Part shown: positions 1-13,241 of the stretch, in pieces
Layout of the letters: every line of letters begins with the position of its first letter
How positions within the stretch are numbered: the first letter of the stretch is position 1
Source: Octopus bimaculoides
Lineage: Eukaryota
Direction: 5' to 3'
Length of the DNA stretch: 36,036 nucleotides
Assembly (NCBI RefSeq): GCF_001194135.2
Contig: NC_069001.1
Location: 1,202,680-1,238,715, forward strand
Notes under the pieces: model-generated
What the model was told of the DNA's origin: nothing
Database searches by the model: none
The model's input: the letters and a program-made list of their open reading frames with translations, nothing else
Position numbers and translations under genes: made by a program

Positions 1-47
<47 letters not shown>

Positions 48-179
48 TATGCATAAATGTTCAAGAGTGTGCTTGTGTCTATAATGAGAAAGAAGTGGAA
101 AAAGAGAATGAGAAGAAAGTGAAGTGTTTCTGTGAATGTGTGCATAAAGTATGGGTGTGTATTCATATTTGTTTGCATG

Positions 180-213
<34 letters not shown>

Positions 214-304
214 TTAGGTGGAGAAGCAAACAAGTGCCAACACACGTGAGTTACTGCTTTCTGATGGTTAGTTAGCAACATCCATCACTGCTGCTTATAT
301 GTGT

Positions 305-350
<46 letters not shown>

Positions 351-519
351 GTTAGTGTCTATGCATGCATGTATGTGTGTGTGTATGTGTATATCTATAT
401 ATATATATATATATTATTTATATATGTATATTAAATATAAATATTAAATAATATATATATAAATATACGTGTATGTATATATATAGATACATACACATAT
501 TTATACACACACACACACG

Positions 520-573
<54 letters not shown>

Positions 574-746
574 TACATATACATATGTATATGTACATAT
601 ATATCTAAATATGTATATACAAAAAAAATACATCCCTGTGTGTGTGTGCTTATCCTGTGTGCGTGTGTGTATGTGTGCCTTTTTGTTTTCATGTAAGTAT
701 ATGTGTATATGTGTGAGTGCATGTGTCTGCACATACCACCACCACC

Positions 747-780
<34 letters not shown>

Positions 781-805
781 TCATCACTATCATCATTGTA
801 AAGCC

Positions 806-1222
806 AGCAGTTCTTGAGGGAAGGGGATTACTTGATACCATCGACCCCAGTATGAGACTGGTACTTGACTTCATTGACTCCAGAGGAATGATCTCAGCAG
901 TGTTTGAACAAAGAATATAAAGAAGAAATATTGCAAGGAATCATTTTCCCAATGCTCTGATGATTCTGTCAGTTCAATAATAAGAACAATAATAATGATA
1001 ATAATAATAATAATAATAAGAAGAAGAAGAAGAAGAAGAAGAATTCTTTCAAAGTTTTGGCAAAAAGCCAGTAATTTTGAGAGGAGGGGTAAGTTGATTA
1101 TATTGACTCCAGAGCTGAACTGGTCCCTTATTTTATCAACCCTGAAAAGATGAAAGACAAAGCTGACCTCGGCAGGATTTGAACTCTGGGCACAGTGACT
1201 TGGCACAAATACCACAAGGTAC
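806..1222 (-). mobile_element. Two decayed SINE family A copies (about 806-910 and 1085-1222) separated by (AAT)n/(AAG)n
   Basis: ATCGACCCCAGT...CTGGTACTT and ATTGACTCCAGAG...GACAAAGCTGACCTCGGCAGGATTTGAACTC motifs. Confidence 0.7.
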
Positions 1223-1453
1223 TTTTTGTCTTGTGTTTCACCGAGTTTCCCAGTTCTTCACAGGAATGTTTCTAGATGCATCAACATATTGGCAGTCTGT
1301 GTTATTGTTGTTCTTTTAAGCAGACAGGGTTCATAGGTTTCCTGTGATTAGGATGTCATCAGCATCAGCATCATCGGGCAGATTTGAGATGTACACTTTT
1401 TCTGTGTTTGCTTGGGTCACAATACTACTTCTGTTGCTGCTGGTCTGCAACAG

Positions 1454-1609
1454 ATGATGATGATGTTGATGATGATGACGATGATGATGATGATGATGAG
1501 GATGATGACGATGATCATGTGTCACTGTCAAACGAGCAAACTCATTCATTTGCAATATTCTGTGAAAATATGTCTGCTCATAAGGAAATATTACTTTATT
1601 TGGAAACAG
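1454..1609 (+). CDS. Weak candidate symmetric (phase 1-1) exon, acidic tract
   Basis: CTGCAACAG| acceptor and CAG|GTGAGG donor bracket a 156-nt open frame (D-rich)HVSLSNEQTHSFAIFCENMSAHKEILLYLET. It may be just a (GAT)n microsatellite with fortuitous sites. Confidence 0.2.
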
Positions 1610-2176
1610 GTGAGGGTTGGTGACAGGAAAGGCGTCTGGCTGTATAAATTTGGCCTCTCAACAAATTCTGCCTGACCCAGGCACACACACACACACATGG
1701 AGTATCACATATAAAGAAAAACAAATTCACATACAGAGAATGTTAGAGACAGAGGGGGGGGGGGCAGTTGGTGATGGAAAAAAAGAAAGAAAGAGAGAGG
1801 GTGAGAGAAAGAGAAAGAAGAAAGAGGGAAAGAAAGACAGGAAATGAGAGAGGGTAGAAAGAAAGAAAGAGAATGGGAAGAAAACAAGAGAAAGGAGAAA
1901 GAGTGAGAGGCACAGAAAGAGAGAGAGAGAGAGAAACATGAAAATATATTAAAATGAACCGAACTGACACAAATCTGTCCCCTCTCCCTGAGTCGTCTGG
2001 TAGTTGTGATTAGAAATTTAACAGTGACGTAGGATGAAGACAAAATTCTCTTGGCTCCAAAACGTCTCAACATAAAAAACAGAACCCGGTGCCAAACGAA
2101 TTCAGTGCCAAAATTAAGTGATGCTGAATCAGCTGTATCAAGATGTCCTGAATCTAAGATTTGGGTTGGTTAGGCA

Positions 2177-2330
2177 TGGCTGTGTGGTTTAAGAAGTTTG
2201 CTTCCCAATGATGTGGTATCGAGTTCAGCCTCGCTGACTGGTCTGGACATTCGACCAAGTGTCTGACTGACCAAATCCTCAAACTCTTGTAAGTGGATTC
2301 GGTAGATGGAAACTGAAAGAAGCCCTTGCA
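2177..2330 (+). mobile_element. SINE family B (tRNA-like head + CORE-like body)
   Basis: TGGCTGTGTGGTTTAAGAAGTTTGCTTCCC...GAGTTCAGCC...GTGGATTCGGTAGATGGAAACTGAAAGAAGCCC. Confidence 0.75.
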
Positions 2331-3191
2331 AATAAGTAACTCCACTTCTCTGAAGCTGGATTTGTTGTGTACAGAAGCAGATTGGTTAATCCCCTTTGAC
2401 AGGCTGTTGATGATGGGGCTGATGGTAATGATAATGATGATGGTGGTGGTGATGATAATGATAGCGAGGACGGTGGTGGTGGTGGTGGTGGTGATGAACT
2501 TAATAGTTTTCCCTTTAGCAGGCAGGTTTTTGTTCTGGTTACCACTCATTAAAATGCTGAGAGTGTTGTGTTGTGGCTGACATCCTTTGTAAAGTTGTTG
2601 TTGTTGTTGTATAACTTCAGACAGCCTCAATGAAGCTCTCCTTAGGAACGGTGGTGCTTGATTGAACAATGAGGTGAGACTTGCAGATCTTTTGTTCAAG
2701 AGGTTCCTTGTCTGAACCAAATCCCGGTCCTTACAGCCCACCAAGGCCAACACAAAAGGGGAAATGATGTAGGGGGTACACTATGACAGAATTTGCCCTT
2801 ATTTGTGATAAAATAGATTACCTCCCTTCCACCTGCTAGCTTCCATGTGTTTTGGGGTCACTAACCACCATCTTTGCACACACACACACACACACACACA
2901 TACTTACTTACAGTTACATACACACTCACATGCATATATACATACATACACACACCTACACATGCATATACACCCATACTTATACATACATACAAATGCA
3001 TACTTACATAGATACATACATGTATAAATACATTTAGATCCATATCCTTACGTATATGCATGCATCTTACAAGCACACATAACATGCACACATACATATA
3101 CATGCATATGTACACATGCATACACACACATACACATAGTAATATGACTTATACTTACACACATACATATACCTATATACATACATACATA

Positions 3192-3395
3192 CCAACTCGT
3201 TTGAAGTAAAGTATGGCTGAATTTGAAATCCTGGGGAGAGAATACAAATCGCGATATCTGGGACAATAAAAAATCTGCAAAATCTTGTTCAGATTTAAAA
3301 GATGACCGTTAAATGATGATAGTCTCCTTCACAACCTTGCTACCAAGTAGTGACCGATCAAAATTGACCATAAATTAAAAAGGGAAAGAAAAGGC
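3192..3395 (+). mobile_element. Second, shorter 3' fragment of the same RLE-type LINE
   Basis: CCAACTCGTTTGAAGTAAAGTATGGCTGAATTTGAAATCCTGGGGAGAG aligns with the reverse complement of 27115-27165. It continues into QIAISGTIK/ICKILFRFKR* (ORF end, 1-nt frameshift) and a similar 3'UTR. Confidence 0.65.
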
Positions 3396-4536
3396 ATACA
3401 TTTATAGATGAGCCTGCCTTTAAGTGGTTGCTTTGCCTGCTAGAAATAGAAGTTGAATCTTCCTGAAATCTAGCACTGCCATATCAAAAGAAGTGCACAT
3501 TAGATGTGATGTGTGGCGGAGCTTTTAGAGTGGGTCCACTTAGCAGTACTTGTTGTAAGATATCCACCCACTTGAGACTTGATATCAGGAAGGGCACCCT
3601 GATATGAAATACTGATACGAAATAGTGTCTGTCTCTGGAAAGTCCTGTCCGGCTCTTGCCAGCATGGAAAAAAATAACAAACAAAAAGAAAAAGAAAAAT
3701 AAAGACCACACACACACACACACACAGATAATTATGTAAATATAATGCATTATTATTTTGTGTGTGTGCGCGTGTGTGCGTGTATTGTTCGTTCGTATCA
3801 GTTTTTGAGAACGACACGTTTCGTTGTTCTGATACATAGTGTTGCCAACAGATGGATATTATCTGTCCACTCACACAAACACAGTCATATAGATGTTACA
3901 CACACACACACGCACATACACACGCGCAGGCGGACATGTGTCTGGATCAGTTAGGAGGTTAGTGTGTATGCGGGTGCGTGCGTGCGTGCGTGCGTGCGTG
4001 TGTGTGCGCGCGGGTGTGTGTGTTAAACACATGTAGGCACACACGACATTTATATCCCGAGGATAAAGCTATGACGATATGTTGATAAATAAGCAGAAGA
4101 CAGACAGACAGACAAACAGATAGATAGATAGACAGAGATCGATAGAAGGCCAGATAAGATAGTGTCGGAGAGGCAGGCAGTGACGGATAACTAGATTGTA
4201 AAATTGTGTGTGTGTGTGTGTGTGTGTGTGTCTGTCTGTCCGCCCCTCCATTCATCTCTCCATCCATGTGTCTGTCTGTCTATCCGCTCGCCCGTCCGTC
4301 TGTCCATCCATCCGTCTGCCTGCCTTTATGTATGTTCGTTTGGTTATAAAAATAGAAAAAAGCACATTCAAAAAAGGTGATGTAGTTTAGTCAGTTCGAG
4401 AGCGTCGTACAGTGTACGATTGTTCAATCGACAAAGACGGTTGTTCCGGGTTCGATTCCCGTGCAGCACTTTGAGCAAGGGTCTTTCAGCTGTAGTCTTG
4501 GATGGGCCAATATCCGAGAGCGATGTTTTATTGACA

Positions 4537-4690
4537 GGTGAGCTGGCAGAATCGTTAGCACGCCGGTGAAAATGCTTAACGGCATTTTGTCCGTTTTTAC
4601 ATTCTGAGTTCAAATTCCGCCGAGATCCACTTTGCCTTTCATCCTTTCGGGGTCAATAAATAAGTGCCAGCTTAGTACTGGAATCGTCCC
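4537..4690 (+). mobile_element. SINE family A (tRNA-derived head + conserved central domain)
   Basis: GGTGAGCTGGCAGAATCGTTAGCACGCCGG (A-box) ... GAGTTCAAATTCC (B-box) ... CACTTTGCCTTTCATCCTTTCGGGGTCAATAAA. Probably one of the known octopus tRNA-derived SINE families (OK/OR1/OR2); exact assignment cannot be verified here. Confidence 0.85.
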
Positions 4691-4711
4691 CTGCACACAC
4701 ACACACACACA

Positions 4712-4901
4712 CGAGGGGGTACCAAAAGGTTCCTGGCTTTATAGGTGTCGTGAAAGTCCTGGTTGGTGGCCCTGTCTTCCGAGTTCTTTACAGAGCTAAG
4801 AAAAACTGAAGTAGCGCTACAATATGTGTGTGCTTCTGAGAGGGGGAATATGTTGTGCATTTTCTTTTACCCAAAGCCAGGAATTTTTCAGCATCCCCTC
4901 C
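4712..4901. mobile_element. Mariner-type MITE (190 bp)
   Basis: 29-bp TIRs, CGAGGGGGTACCAAAAGGTTCCTGGCTTT versus reverse-complemented right end GGAGGGGATGCTGAAAAATTCCTGGCTTT (22/29 identical). TA TSDs are degraded. Confidence 0.65.
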
Positions 4902-5042
4902 ATTTGATGGAGGGAACGAGGCAGAACACAGACATTTGATCTCTATAAACAATTCAGGTTGCTTAGCAAGAAATTGTGGAACCCTCATTTTTTGTTAACA
5001 ACAGATATGTCTATGACACACACACACACACGCACGCACGCA

Positions 5043-5125
<83 letters not shown>

Positions 5126-6104
5126 NNNNNNNNNNNNNNNNNNNNNNNNNNNNNNNNNNNNNNNNNNNNNNNNNNNNNNNNNNNNNNNNNNNNNNNNNNN
5201 NNNNNNNNNNNNNNNNNNNNNNNNNNNNNNNNNNNNNNNNNNNNNNNNNNNNNNNNNNNNNNNNNNNNNNNNNNNNNNNNNNNNNNNNNNNNNNNNNNNN
5301 NNNNNNNNNNNNNNNNNNNNNNNNNNNNNNNNNNNNNNNNNNNNNNNNNNNNNNNNNNNNNNNNNNNNNNNNNNNNNNNNNNNNNNNNNNNNNNNNNNNN
5401 NNNNNNNNNNNNNNNNNNNNNNNNNNNNNNNNNNNNNNNNNNNNNNNNNNNNNNNNNNNNNNNNNNNNNNNNNNNNNNNNNNNNNNNNNNNNNNNNNNNN
5501 NNNNNNNNNNNNNNNNNNNNNNNNNNNNNNNNNNNNNNNNNNNNNNNNNNNNNNNNNNNNNNNNNNNNNNNNNNNNNNNNNNNNNNNNNNNNNNNNNNNN
5601 NNNNNNNNNNNNNNNNNNNNNNNNNNNNNNNNNNNNNNNNNNNNNNNNNNNNNNNNNNNNNNNNNNNNNNNNNNNNNNNNNNNNNNNNNNNNNNNNNNNN
5701 NNNNNNNNNNNNNNNNNNNNNNNNNNNNNNNNNNNNNNNNNNNNNNNNNNNNNNNNNNNNNNNNNNNNNNNNNNNNNNNNNNNNNNNNNNNNNNNNNNNN
5801 NNNNNNNNNNNNNNNNNNNNNNNNNNNNNNNNNNNNNNNNNNNNNNNNNNNNNNNNNNNNNNNNNNNNNNNNNNNNNNNNNNNNNNNNNNNNNNNNNNNN
5901 NNNNNNNNNNNNNNNNNNNNNNNNNNNNNNNNNNNNNNNNNNNNNNNNNNNNNNNNNNNNNNNNNNNNNNNNNNNNNNNNNNNNNNNNNNNNNNNNNNNN
6001 NNNNNNNNNNNNNNNNNNNNNNNNNNNNNNNNNNNNNNNNNNNNNNNNNNNNNNNNNNNNNNNNNNNNNNNNNNNNNNNNNNNNNNNNNNNNNNNNNNNN
6101 NNNN
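5126..6104. other. Assembly gap (N); other gaps at 11250-11438, 13313-13624, 17080-17856, 28139-28363 and 31587-32034
   Basis: N-runs, mostly bounded by (TA)n or trinucleotide microsatellites, as expected of a short-read scaffold. Confidence 1.
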
Positions 6105-6200
6105 ATATATATATATATATACATACATACAGACATACTCGGAGTAGCGATTGAGATTAATCTCAACAAGGTGTGCATGTGTGTATGCATAGTGTATATA

Positions 6201-6648
6201 CCGTATTTATTCGTGAATAAGTCACACTGTATATTTGATTTTAGCTAAAAGAAAACACAAACTAGGGTACGCCTTGGAGCAATGTGGACTGGAGCAACGT
6301 GAATTGAAGTGTTTTGCTCAGGAACAAACATCACGCACCACCTGATCTGAGAATCGAACCCACGATCTAGTGATCGTGCATCTTAACCACAAGGCCACGC
6401 GTCTTCACACACACGCACACACACACACACACACACAGGTGATGCATATCTATCTATCGATTTAAAACTAGTCTGAGAAGTGCCCGCACGTGAAACTCTC
6501 GGCCCTTGAGTTACTCAGTTACTTTTGCTAAACATCAATGTATGTATGTATGTACAAATATTGTTTTTACTCGTGCGTAAGTTGCACTATTTTATACTTG
6601 ATTTTAATTGAAAAATCTGGGGCGCGGCTTATACACGAGTAAATACAG
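6201..6648. mobile_element. Non-autonomous Tc1/mariner (Tc2/pogo-type TIR) element carrying a nested SINE
   Basis: Left TA|CCGTATTTATTCGTGAATAAGTCACAC and right end GCGCGGCTTATACACGAGTAAATACAG form imperfect ~27-bp TIRs of the TACCGTATTT type. The right TA is degraded. Confidence 0.7.
6262..6408 (-). mobile_element. tRNA-derived SINE fragment nested in the Tc element
   Basis: Reverse-oriented tRNA-like head (GAATCGAACCCACGATC...CTTAACCACAAGGCCACG; B-box GGTTCGATTC on minus) and TGCTCAGGAACA body motif. Confidence 0.6.
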
Positions 6649-7239
6649 AAAATATATGTAAATATGTGGATTAGAGGTAGAGAGAAAGAGCCAGAAGATA
6701 TTAAAAAAAAAAAGCAAAGAGAGAAAGAGACGAAGAGTTAGCTAACATGACAGATTTAGATAGATTAGCAGACAGTGATTGATTAAATTGATAGATAGTT
6801 AGAGAAGTAGGTTAAACGGACGTTTTCTTTCATACCCTTTCTACTATCTTTCTGTTTTTAATATACATAATTCCCTTGCTTTCTTTTTAACTTGCTCACC
6901 ACAAACTTCACCTTCAATCTATCTATCTATCTATCTATCTATCTAAAAAAGAAGATATCTATCTATCTATCTATCTAAAAAAGAAGATATCTATCTATCT
7001 ATCTCTGTCAGTCTGTCTGCTCGTCTGTTTATTGATGTATCTGCTATCTATCAATCGATCTGTCTGTCAGTTTATTAGTTATCTGTCTACCTTCTCATCT
7101 CTCTCTGTCTATCTTATCTATTTATCCATCTGTTTGTATTTCTCTCTCTCTCTCTCTTATATTATCTGCCGCAACGACTGTTACTCCCGAATCAAGTAAC
7201 AAACATTAAAAGCTTCTCTCTCTCACTCACCTCTATTCA

Positions 7240-7452
7240 CAATCGCTAGCACGACGATCCAACGGGTGAGTTTCATTGCGGTCGCATGCGCTACTAGAAA
7301 CAATTGAGTTTTCCAGAAATCACACTCCACCCCTCATGTCTTAAAGAATACATACGAGAAAATACGGGATAATTAATAGTGGAATGCCTTTGACTTGATC
7401 AAAGGTTTACTCAACAAGGCCTGACCTGTGGTTAAACATCATCATCAACAAC
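7240..7452 (+). mobile_element. Interspersed repeat family D (CTAGAAA...CACAC...GGAATGCCTTTGA...GACCTG(T/G)GGTTAAAC(AAC)n)
   Basis: Related pieces at about 7505-7590 and 8010-8100 (GGGAAGGTCACGAATGG..CTTCTGATCCAT), 3425-3480, 18030-18215 (-), 21870-21990 and 25530-25620. Confidence 0.6.
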
Positions 7453-8463
7453 ATTCTTGCTGTCTTTTAATCACATGGTCTCAGGTGCACACTGCCAATG
7501 AAAAACAAATTGGGAAGGTCACGAATGGGAGGCTTCTGATCCATTCGTAGACATAATTAGAGTTTATCCGGAACTAAACTAACCATGGGTAACCTGCTGT
7601 TCGTGTGGCTTTTCTGAATGGTACGCCTAACAACAAAATTACTTTCAACTGACGATGTTGGGCCATGCCTCATGAGGGCCGCTGCTCGAGAACGGTTGCC
7701 CATGCTTGGATTAAACAATATCAAAACATCACTTCGTCGTATTTTTATTTATTTATATTTTTCACTGCTTTCCTTCTATCATACCTTCAGTGCTATGTAT
7801 CGTGTCTTCTGATAATGATGTTGTTACTATTATTAAACAACGATTTACAAAGCGAAAGAAAAAGCTTCATCCTCTCCGACTTATATAAAAAAAAAAGGTT
7901 CATCCTTTCATCGCCGAGGCCCACGTCTGAGGTGAACCACAACGAGTCCTGCTGTTTCTAAGAACGACACGTTAATTAATGTGATCCTAGCGGCATATTT
8001 TTTTTTTTAGGAAAACGGGAAGGTCACGAATGGAATACTTCTGATCCATAGTCCTGCTCTGTTACAAAGTTTTATCTGGTTCTAAACAATCTATCACTGT
8101 TAACTTCGCCGTCATTTTATTCGCTTCCACCATCTTTTAATTGCCACATATTATATCTTGTAATAATGTTGTTTCTATTATTATACCCTGACTTAACAAA
8201 GTTAAAAAAAGCCACCCGACAAAAAAAGCTAGCAACATCCCTTCTCGTTTCATCCGCATCTCACCTCTCTCTCTTTCTCTGTGTACACAATAACACGGTA
8301 CAGGGCACCGGAGACGGCACTGAATACTTATCTCGTCTCTGATTGGTCGATTATTAACCACTCCGGGTGAGATAAGGTGGCGAGGGGTGGAATGGTGGTT
8401 GCTGAAATACACAAGACAACCAGCATTTATGAAAGTTTACCTATTAACACACACACACATATA

Positions 8464-8544
<81 letters not shown>

Positions 8545-9339
8545 TTATATATATATAATATTTACATATAAAAGTATTTAAGGTGAAAATGAATAATTCC
8601 TCACCTTTTAATGCTTTTTCCAAATTCATTTTTATTTTTTCTCTAAAATTATATCAACTGGAGTTTGAAAGAAATATCAACAGTTTCATGTTTCTCCACA
8701 CACACACACACACACACACACACCTATGTACATACATTTATGCGTGTATTTTTTTAAAGGGTCACTACGAGTACGCATATGTTGCTTTAACTGTGTGCGT
8801 GTGTGTATGAAAACACACACGCACACACATATACGTTTGAGTATGAAGTGCATATATGTATACACGTGTATGTGTGTCACATTGAAGTAGTACACACACA
8901 CACGCAAACATACACGCATTCACACATGTGCGTGTGTTTATATGAATGTGTATGTATATATGAATGTGTATATGTATATACGTGTGTGTGTGTTGCTTGC
9001 ATATGTATCAGTATGTACACATCTGTGTGAAGATGTGTCACTATAGTACATCATCACTATGAACGGGCGTGTATATAAATATATATGTGTGTGTGTGTGT
9101 GTCTTTGTTTATTTATCTTAGTGTGTGAAAGTGTATGTATGTGTATAAGAAAACGAGAAAGATAGAAAAGAGAGAGAGAGAGAGAGAGAGACTGAGTGAG
9201 AAAGAAACAGTAAGAGAAAGACAAAGTGAGTGAGTGTGTCTGCGTGCGTGCTTGCGTGCGTGTGTGTTGTGTGCGTGTGTGTTTCTGTGTGCGCCTGTGG
9301 ATGCGTGCGCGTATGTGTTTCCATACATGTATGTGTGAG

Positions 9340-11070
9340 TGTATGACCTAGATCCAACCTGACGCATGCGCAGTGCGGCCAAGCCTCCCCACTAGTGTGG
9401 AGAACAGGTTGTTTGCTGGGCGGGTTTTCATCGCCAAAGCAAGAAGTTTTCAACGTTGTTAAGAAGGAACAGAATCAGGGGGGAAAACGGACATATAAAC
9501 TAATACAAACGCCAAGAAGAGAGAGAAAAAAAAGGAAGGACACACGATCTACACATATAATATATATATATATCTATATCTATATATATATACACGCGTA
9601 CATTACAACGAGGTGGAACAGTACTTGTTTATTCATACATTTTTATACATCACATATTTCTACATACATATATATTATATATAATTTACCCTTTACATAC
9701 TGATATATACACGTATATATTATACATCATCAGACAGATCTATCTTACACGCTCAATTATACACACGTAGATTGGATGTTGGAGGCTGCACTCTATGGCA
9801 GCCCTCCATCAACCATCACCACAATCGTTATATTTCTTCAAAGCCTTTCTATTACCCTGACACTCTAGGTGTGTGTATGTGTGTATATATTCATCATCTG
9901 TATGTATATCTATCTATATATATGTATATAAGTGTGTAGTAGTCGTAGTAGTTTGTGTTTGTGTGTGTGTGTGTTATCATGTGTACAGTTGTGTGTGCTA
10001 CGTGGTGTCGCCAGCGCGTGCGGGCGCGAGACTGCGTGTTGTTGTGTGTCGATGTGTGAGTCTTGTGTGCCTGTGTTGTGCCACTCTATGTATGTGTGCG
10101 TGCGTATGTGTCTCTGTGTGTGTGTGTGTGACTGTGGTATGAATATGCGCGGTGTGGTGCGGTGCACGTGTGTGTGACAGCGCACGTGTCCATGTATGTG
10201 TGTGTGCGCGCGGTTGTGTGTGTGGAACCAGACAGCAGAAAGGAGTATAAACAAACCGACCCTCCTCCTTAGTGACACTACTACTACTACTACCACCGCC
10301 ACAACAACAATATATACACACATACTACTACTTCTACAAGAAACACCTCTATTTTCAACCTGAAAACCCCCCGCCAGTAGTTCGATGCATTGGTGGAGGG
10401 GGTTTCCATTTCGATCGCTCGGTACCGTTTGAAATCTTTTATATTTTTGGCTACACACACACACACATACATACACATATATAAATCGCATATCTCTACC
10501 CCCTCTCCCTCTCTCTCTATATATACATATATTATTATTATCTTCATATATATATATTTTTGGATCTTCCTCGTCCTCTGCTCTGTGTGTTTTATTTTTC
10601 TGTTGCTATCGGAGGAAAGGAAGACTTTTTTTTGCATATAATTCTTCAAAGACGGAGATAAATAGCGGAAGCAAGGACTAAGACTACATACAACAGCAAA
10701 AAACGTGATTGTACAACAACAACAGTAATTGTTCTATAAAAAAAGAAGGAGGTGTTTAGGAAATAAGATTGGATCCAACGTCCGTGGTGTCTTCGGGTGT
10801 GTTACCGATTCCCACGGCTCCGAAGAAATTCTCTTACATTCTCGATCCATCATCATCAGCAGTCATCCAAGCCTTCCACCTTCGTCCTCCTTCATCGTTC
10901 GTTTCTACATCACCTTTACAAATCCTCTTCACCTATTCGTCGCTGTTGTTCATGTTGCTATTACCGTCGTCAACGTTATCTCTACCATCATCTCCATCAT
11001 TATTATTATCACCGCAATCACCATCACCATCACCGCCACCGTCGTTTTCATCGACGTTGTCATCATCACC
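9340..11070 (+). promoter_or_regulatory. Putative promoter / long 5'UTR region of the 11071 gene
   Basis: Visibly CpG-retaining, non-TE sequence blocks interleaved with microsatellites directly upstream of the ATG exon. The TSS cannot be placed from sequence. Confidence 0.4.
9361..9372. promoter_or_regulatory. NRF1/EWG-like motif
   Basis: GACGCATGCGCA matches 10/12 to the NRF1 palindrome TGCGCATGCGCA, within a GC-rich patch. Confidence 0.3.
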
Positions 11071-11212
11071 ATGATTCAGCACTCGGAAAAACTGGATTCC
11101 ATGAACGGATTGGTGCCTGTATCATCTCCGACGTCGGCAGCTGCCGCGGCCGCTGCTGCTGTTGTCGCAGCCGCCACCGCCGCCGAACCCTCTCTAGCTG
11201 ACACTGTCGAAG
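11071..11212 (+). CDS. Probable first coding exon of an unidentified spliced gene (47 codons + 1 nt; N-terminal poly-Ala low-complexity leader)
   Basis: ATG in CACC-ATG context at 11071. Reads MIQHSEKLDSMNGLVPVSSPTSAAAAAAAAVVAAATAAEPSLADTVE with mixed Ala codons (not a pure microsatellite) and ends at a consensus donor GAAG|GTAAGT (intron starts 11213, phase 1). CpG-rich context. No recognisable domain, so no product is assigned. Confidence 0.7.
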
Positions 11213-11438
11213 GTAAGTGTGATCATTGATTATATATATATATATATATNNNNNNNNNNNNNNNNNNNNNNNNNNNNNNNNNNNNNNNNNNNNNNNNNNN
11301 NNNNNNNNNNNNNNNNNNNNNNNNNNNNNNNNNNNNNNNNNNNNNNNNNNNNNNNNNNNNNNNNNNNNNNNNNNNNNNNNNNNNNNNNNNNNNNNNNNNN
11401 NNNNNNNNNNNNNNNNNNNNNNNNNNNNNNNNNNNNNN

Positions 11439-11497
<59 letters not shown>

Positions 11498-11847
11498 TGT
11501 ACCGATACAAACAGACATCTATACGAACATACATACACACACACACACAGTTCATGTGTATACATAGAAGATCCAATCGTTTTTCACGTACACTGCGTGA
11601 GATAACTGTTACATCACACTCACCCGTATATACATACATCCACACATGCATTTAATGCGCACATACACACATTTAATCAGACGAAACAGTCGTTATCACA
11701 TGTATAAGAAATGTATTGCTACATGAATTATATATATCACATGTATTCTACACTCATCTGTATGTATACATACAGCTACACGCCTATATACTCAGGCATG
11801 TTTATACTCCTTTTATACAGTTATAGTATATAAAAATAAATACAACG

Positions 11848-11882
<35 letters not shown>

Positions 11883-12047
11883 GCCAAATAGAAGCAATTA
11901 AATGTCTTACGAGGCACCTGGTATCGTGTATATATACATACACGCATGAGATATGATGTATGTGTTGTGTATCTCAGTGTATGAAGTATGCAACTGAACT
12001 AAGTGTGGAGGGATATATGCATACCGATGAAACACAAATAGTGTCTC

Positions 12048-12093
<46 letters not shown>

Positions 12094-12574
12094 GAACTTA
12101 TTCATAAACACATGCTTTTATGCATCACACGCTTGTACGCGCGCGCGCACACATCTTTGACAGGAAATAAGACGTTTCACATCCTCCAGACATTTGTTTC
12201 TTGAATCATTTATCGATCCTGATCGAAGAGTTTATCGGCCCTTATTTACTTATTTCTACCTCTTTTTCTCTTTGCCGATCCGCTAAGTTGCAGGGTGATT
12301 AAAGGGAGCTGCAAACATAAACAAGGACATACACATACATGCTTCAATATATATATATATATATAATATGTGATGTTCCTAATAATGATTATAAATAAAT
12401 ATTTAATGATGGTGGAAGTGTAAGCTAGCAGAAGAGTAAAATGTATCAAATCTTGTAAGAGTTGATTGGGACTAGTGGAATAATCAACTAGTGATGTTAT
12501 GTGCGGATGTGTATATATATTACACTGTTGGCTTTTGTACATTGTTTCGTTACCTAATTCTGCTCACATGAAGC

Positions 12575-12671
12575 TATGGTAGCAAACGTTTAGCCAAGGT
12601 GACCTGCCGTGGTATTGAACCCGGAAACACAATGTTGCGAGACGAGCTCCTTGTTCCACACAACCACAGCC
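12575..12671 (-). mobile_element. SINE family B head fragment
   Basis: GCCAAGGTG...TTGAACCCGGAAAC...CCACACAACCACAGCC. Similar short heads occur at about 4435-4510 (+), 27770-27870 (-) and 33860-33935 (+). Confidence 0.65.
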
Positions 12672-12718
12672 AGACCTAATATGTATGTATGTGCTTGGGT
12701 GTGTGTGTGTGTCTGTGT

Positions 12719-12755
<37 letters not shown>

Positions 12756-13241
12756 CATGCTCACGCACACTCACTATACCTACACGCATTCCCCTCATCA
12801 CACAAACGTGTGTGTGTGTGTATATATATATATATTTTTTGTGTGTTCATGTATATATACATACACACACGCACCTACACATACACCTGATATTACATAA
12901 TTCTCCCCACCTGTCTGTCTATATACCCTTCACGCAAATATCAGCTTATCAAAGTTATACACACTTATCTATCTGTCTGCTTGTTTATCTAAATACACAC
13001 ACACACACACACACCACCACCACCACCGCCACTATTACACACAATGACACATCATAGATTACATTATCTCTCTCTCTCTCTCTCTCTCGCCACACACATT
13101 TATATATCTATATATACACGTGTACTACTTAAACATACACCCTCTAGTTTCGGGCTGTTTGTAATTGTTAGTAAATAAAAGCAAACATGAAACCATTGAC
13201 ACATATATATATATATATATGTGCAGTTAGCTCCGTTTAGC

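Noticed and set aside
1331-1555. Minus ORF containing KVYISNLPDDADADDI (RNP2-like, RRM start)
   Set aside because: It stops 6 codons later, no donor site follows, and no RNP1 appears in any frame. Probably chance.
2154-2753. 199-aa minus-strand ORF
   Set aside because: It is stitched from a SINE, a (CAC/CAT)n tract and a (CAA)n tract, with no recognisable domain.
4537-4625. tRNA-like A/B boxes as tRNA genes
   Set aside because: They are SINE heads; no complete cloverleaf or anticodon arm is present.
9780-9808. Small GC-rich hairpin TGGAGGCTGC/GCAGCCCTCCA
   Set aside because: Only 10 bp with a bulge and no downstream CTRR (Helitron end) or U-tract; expected by chance.
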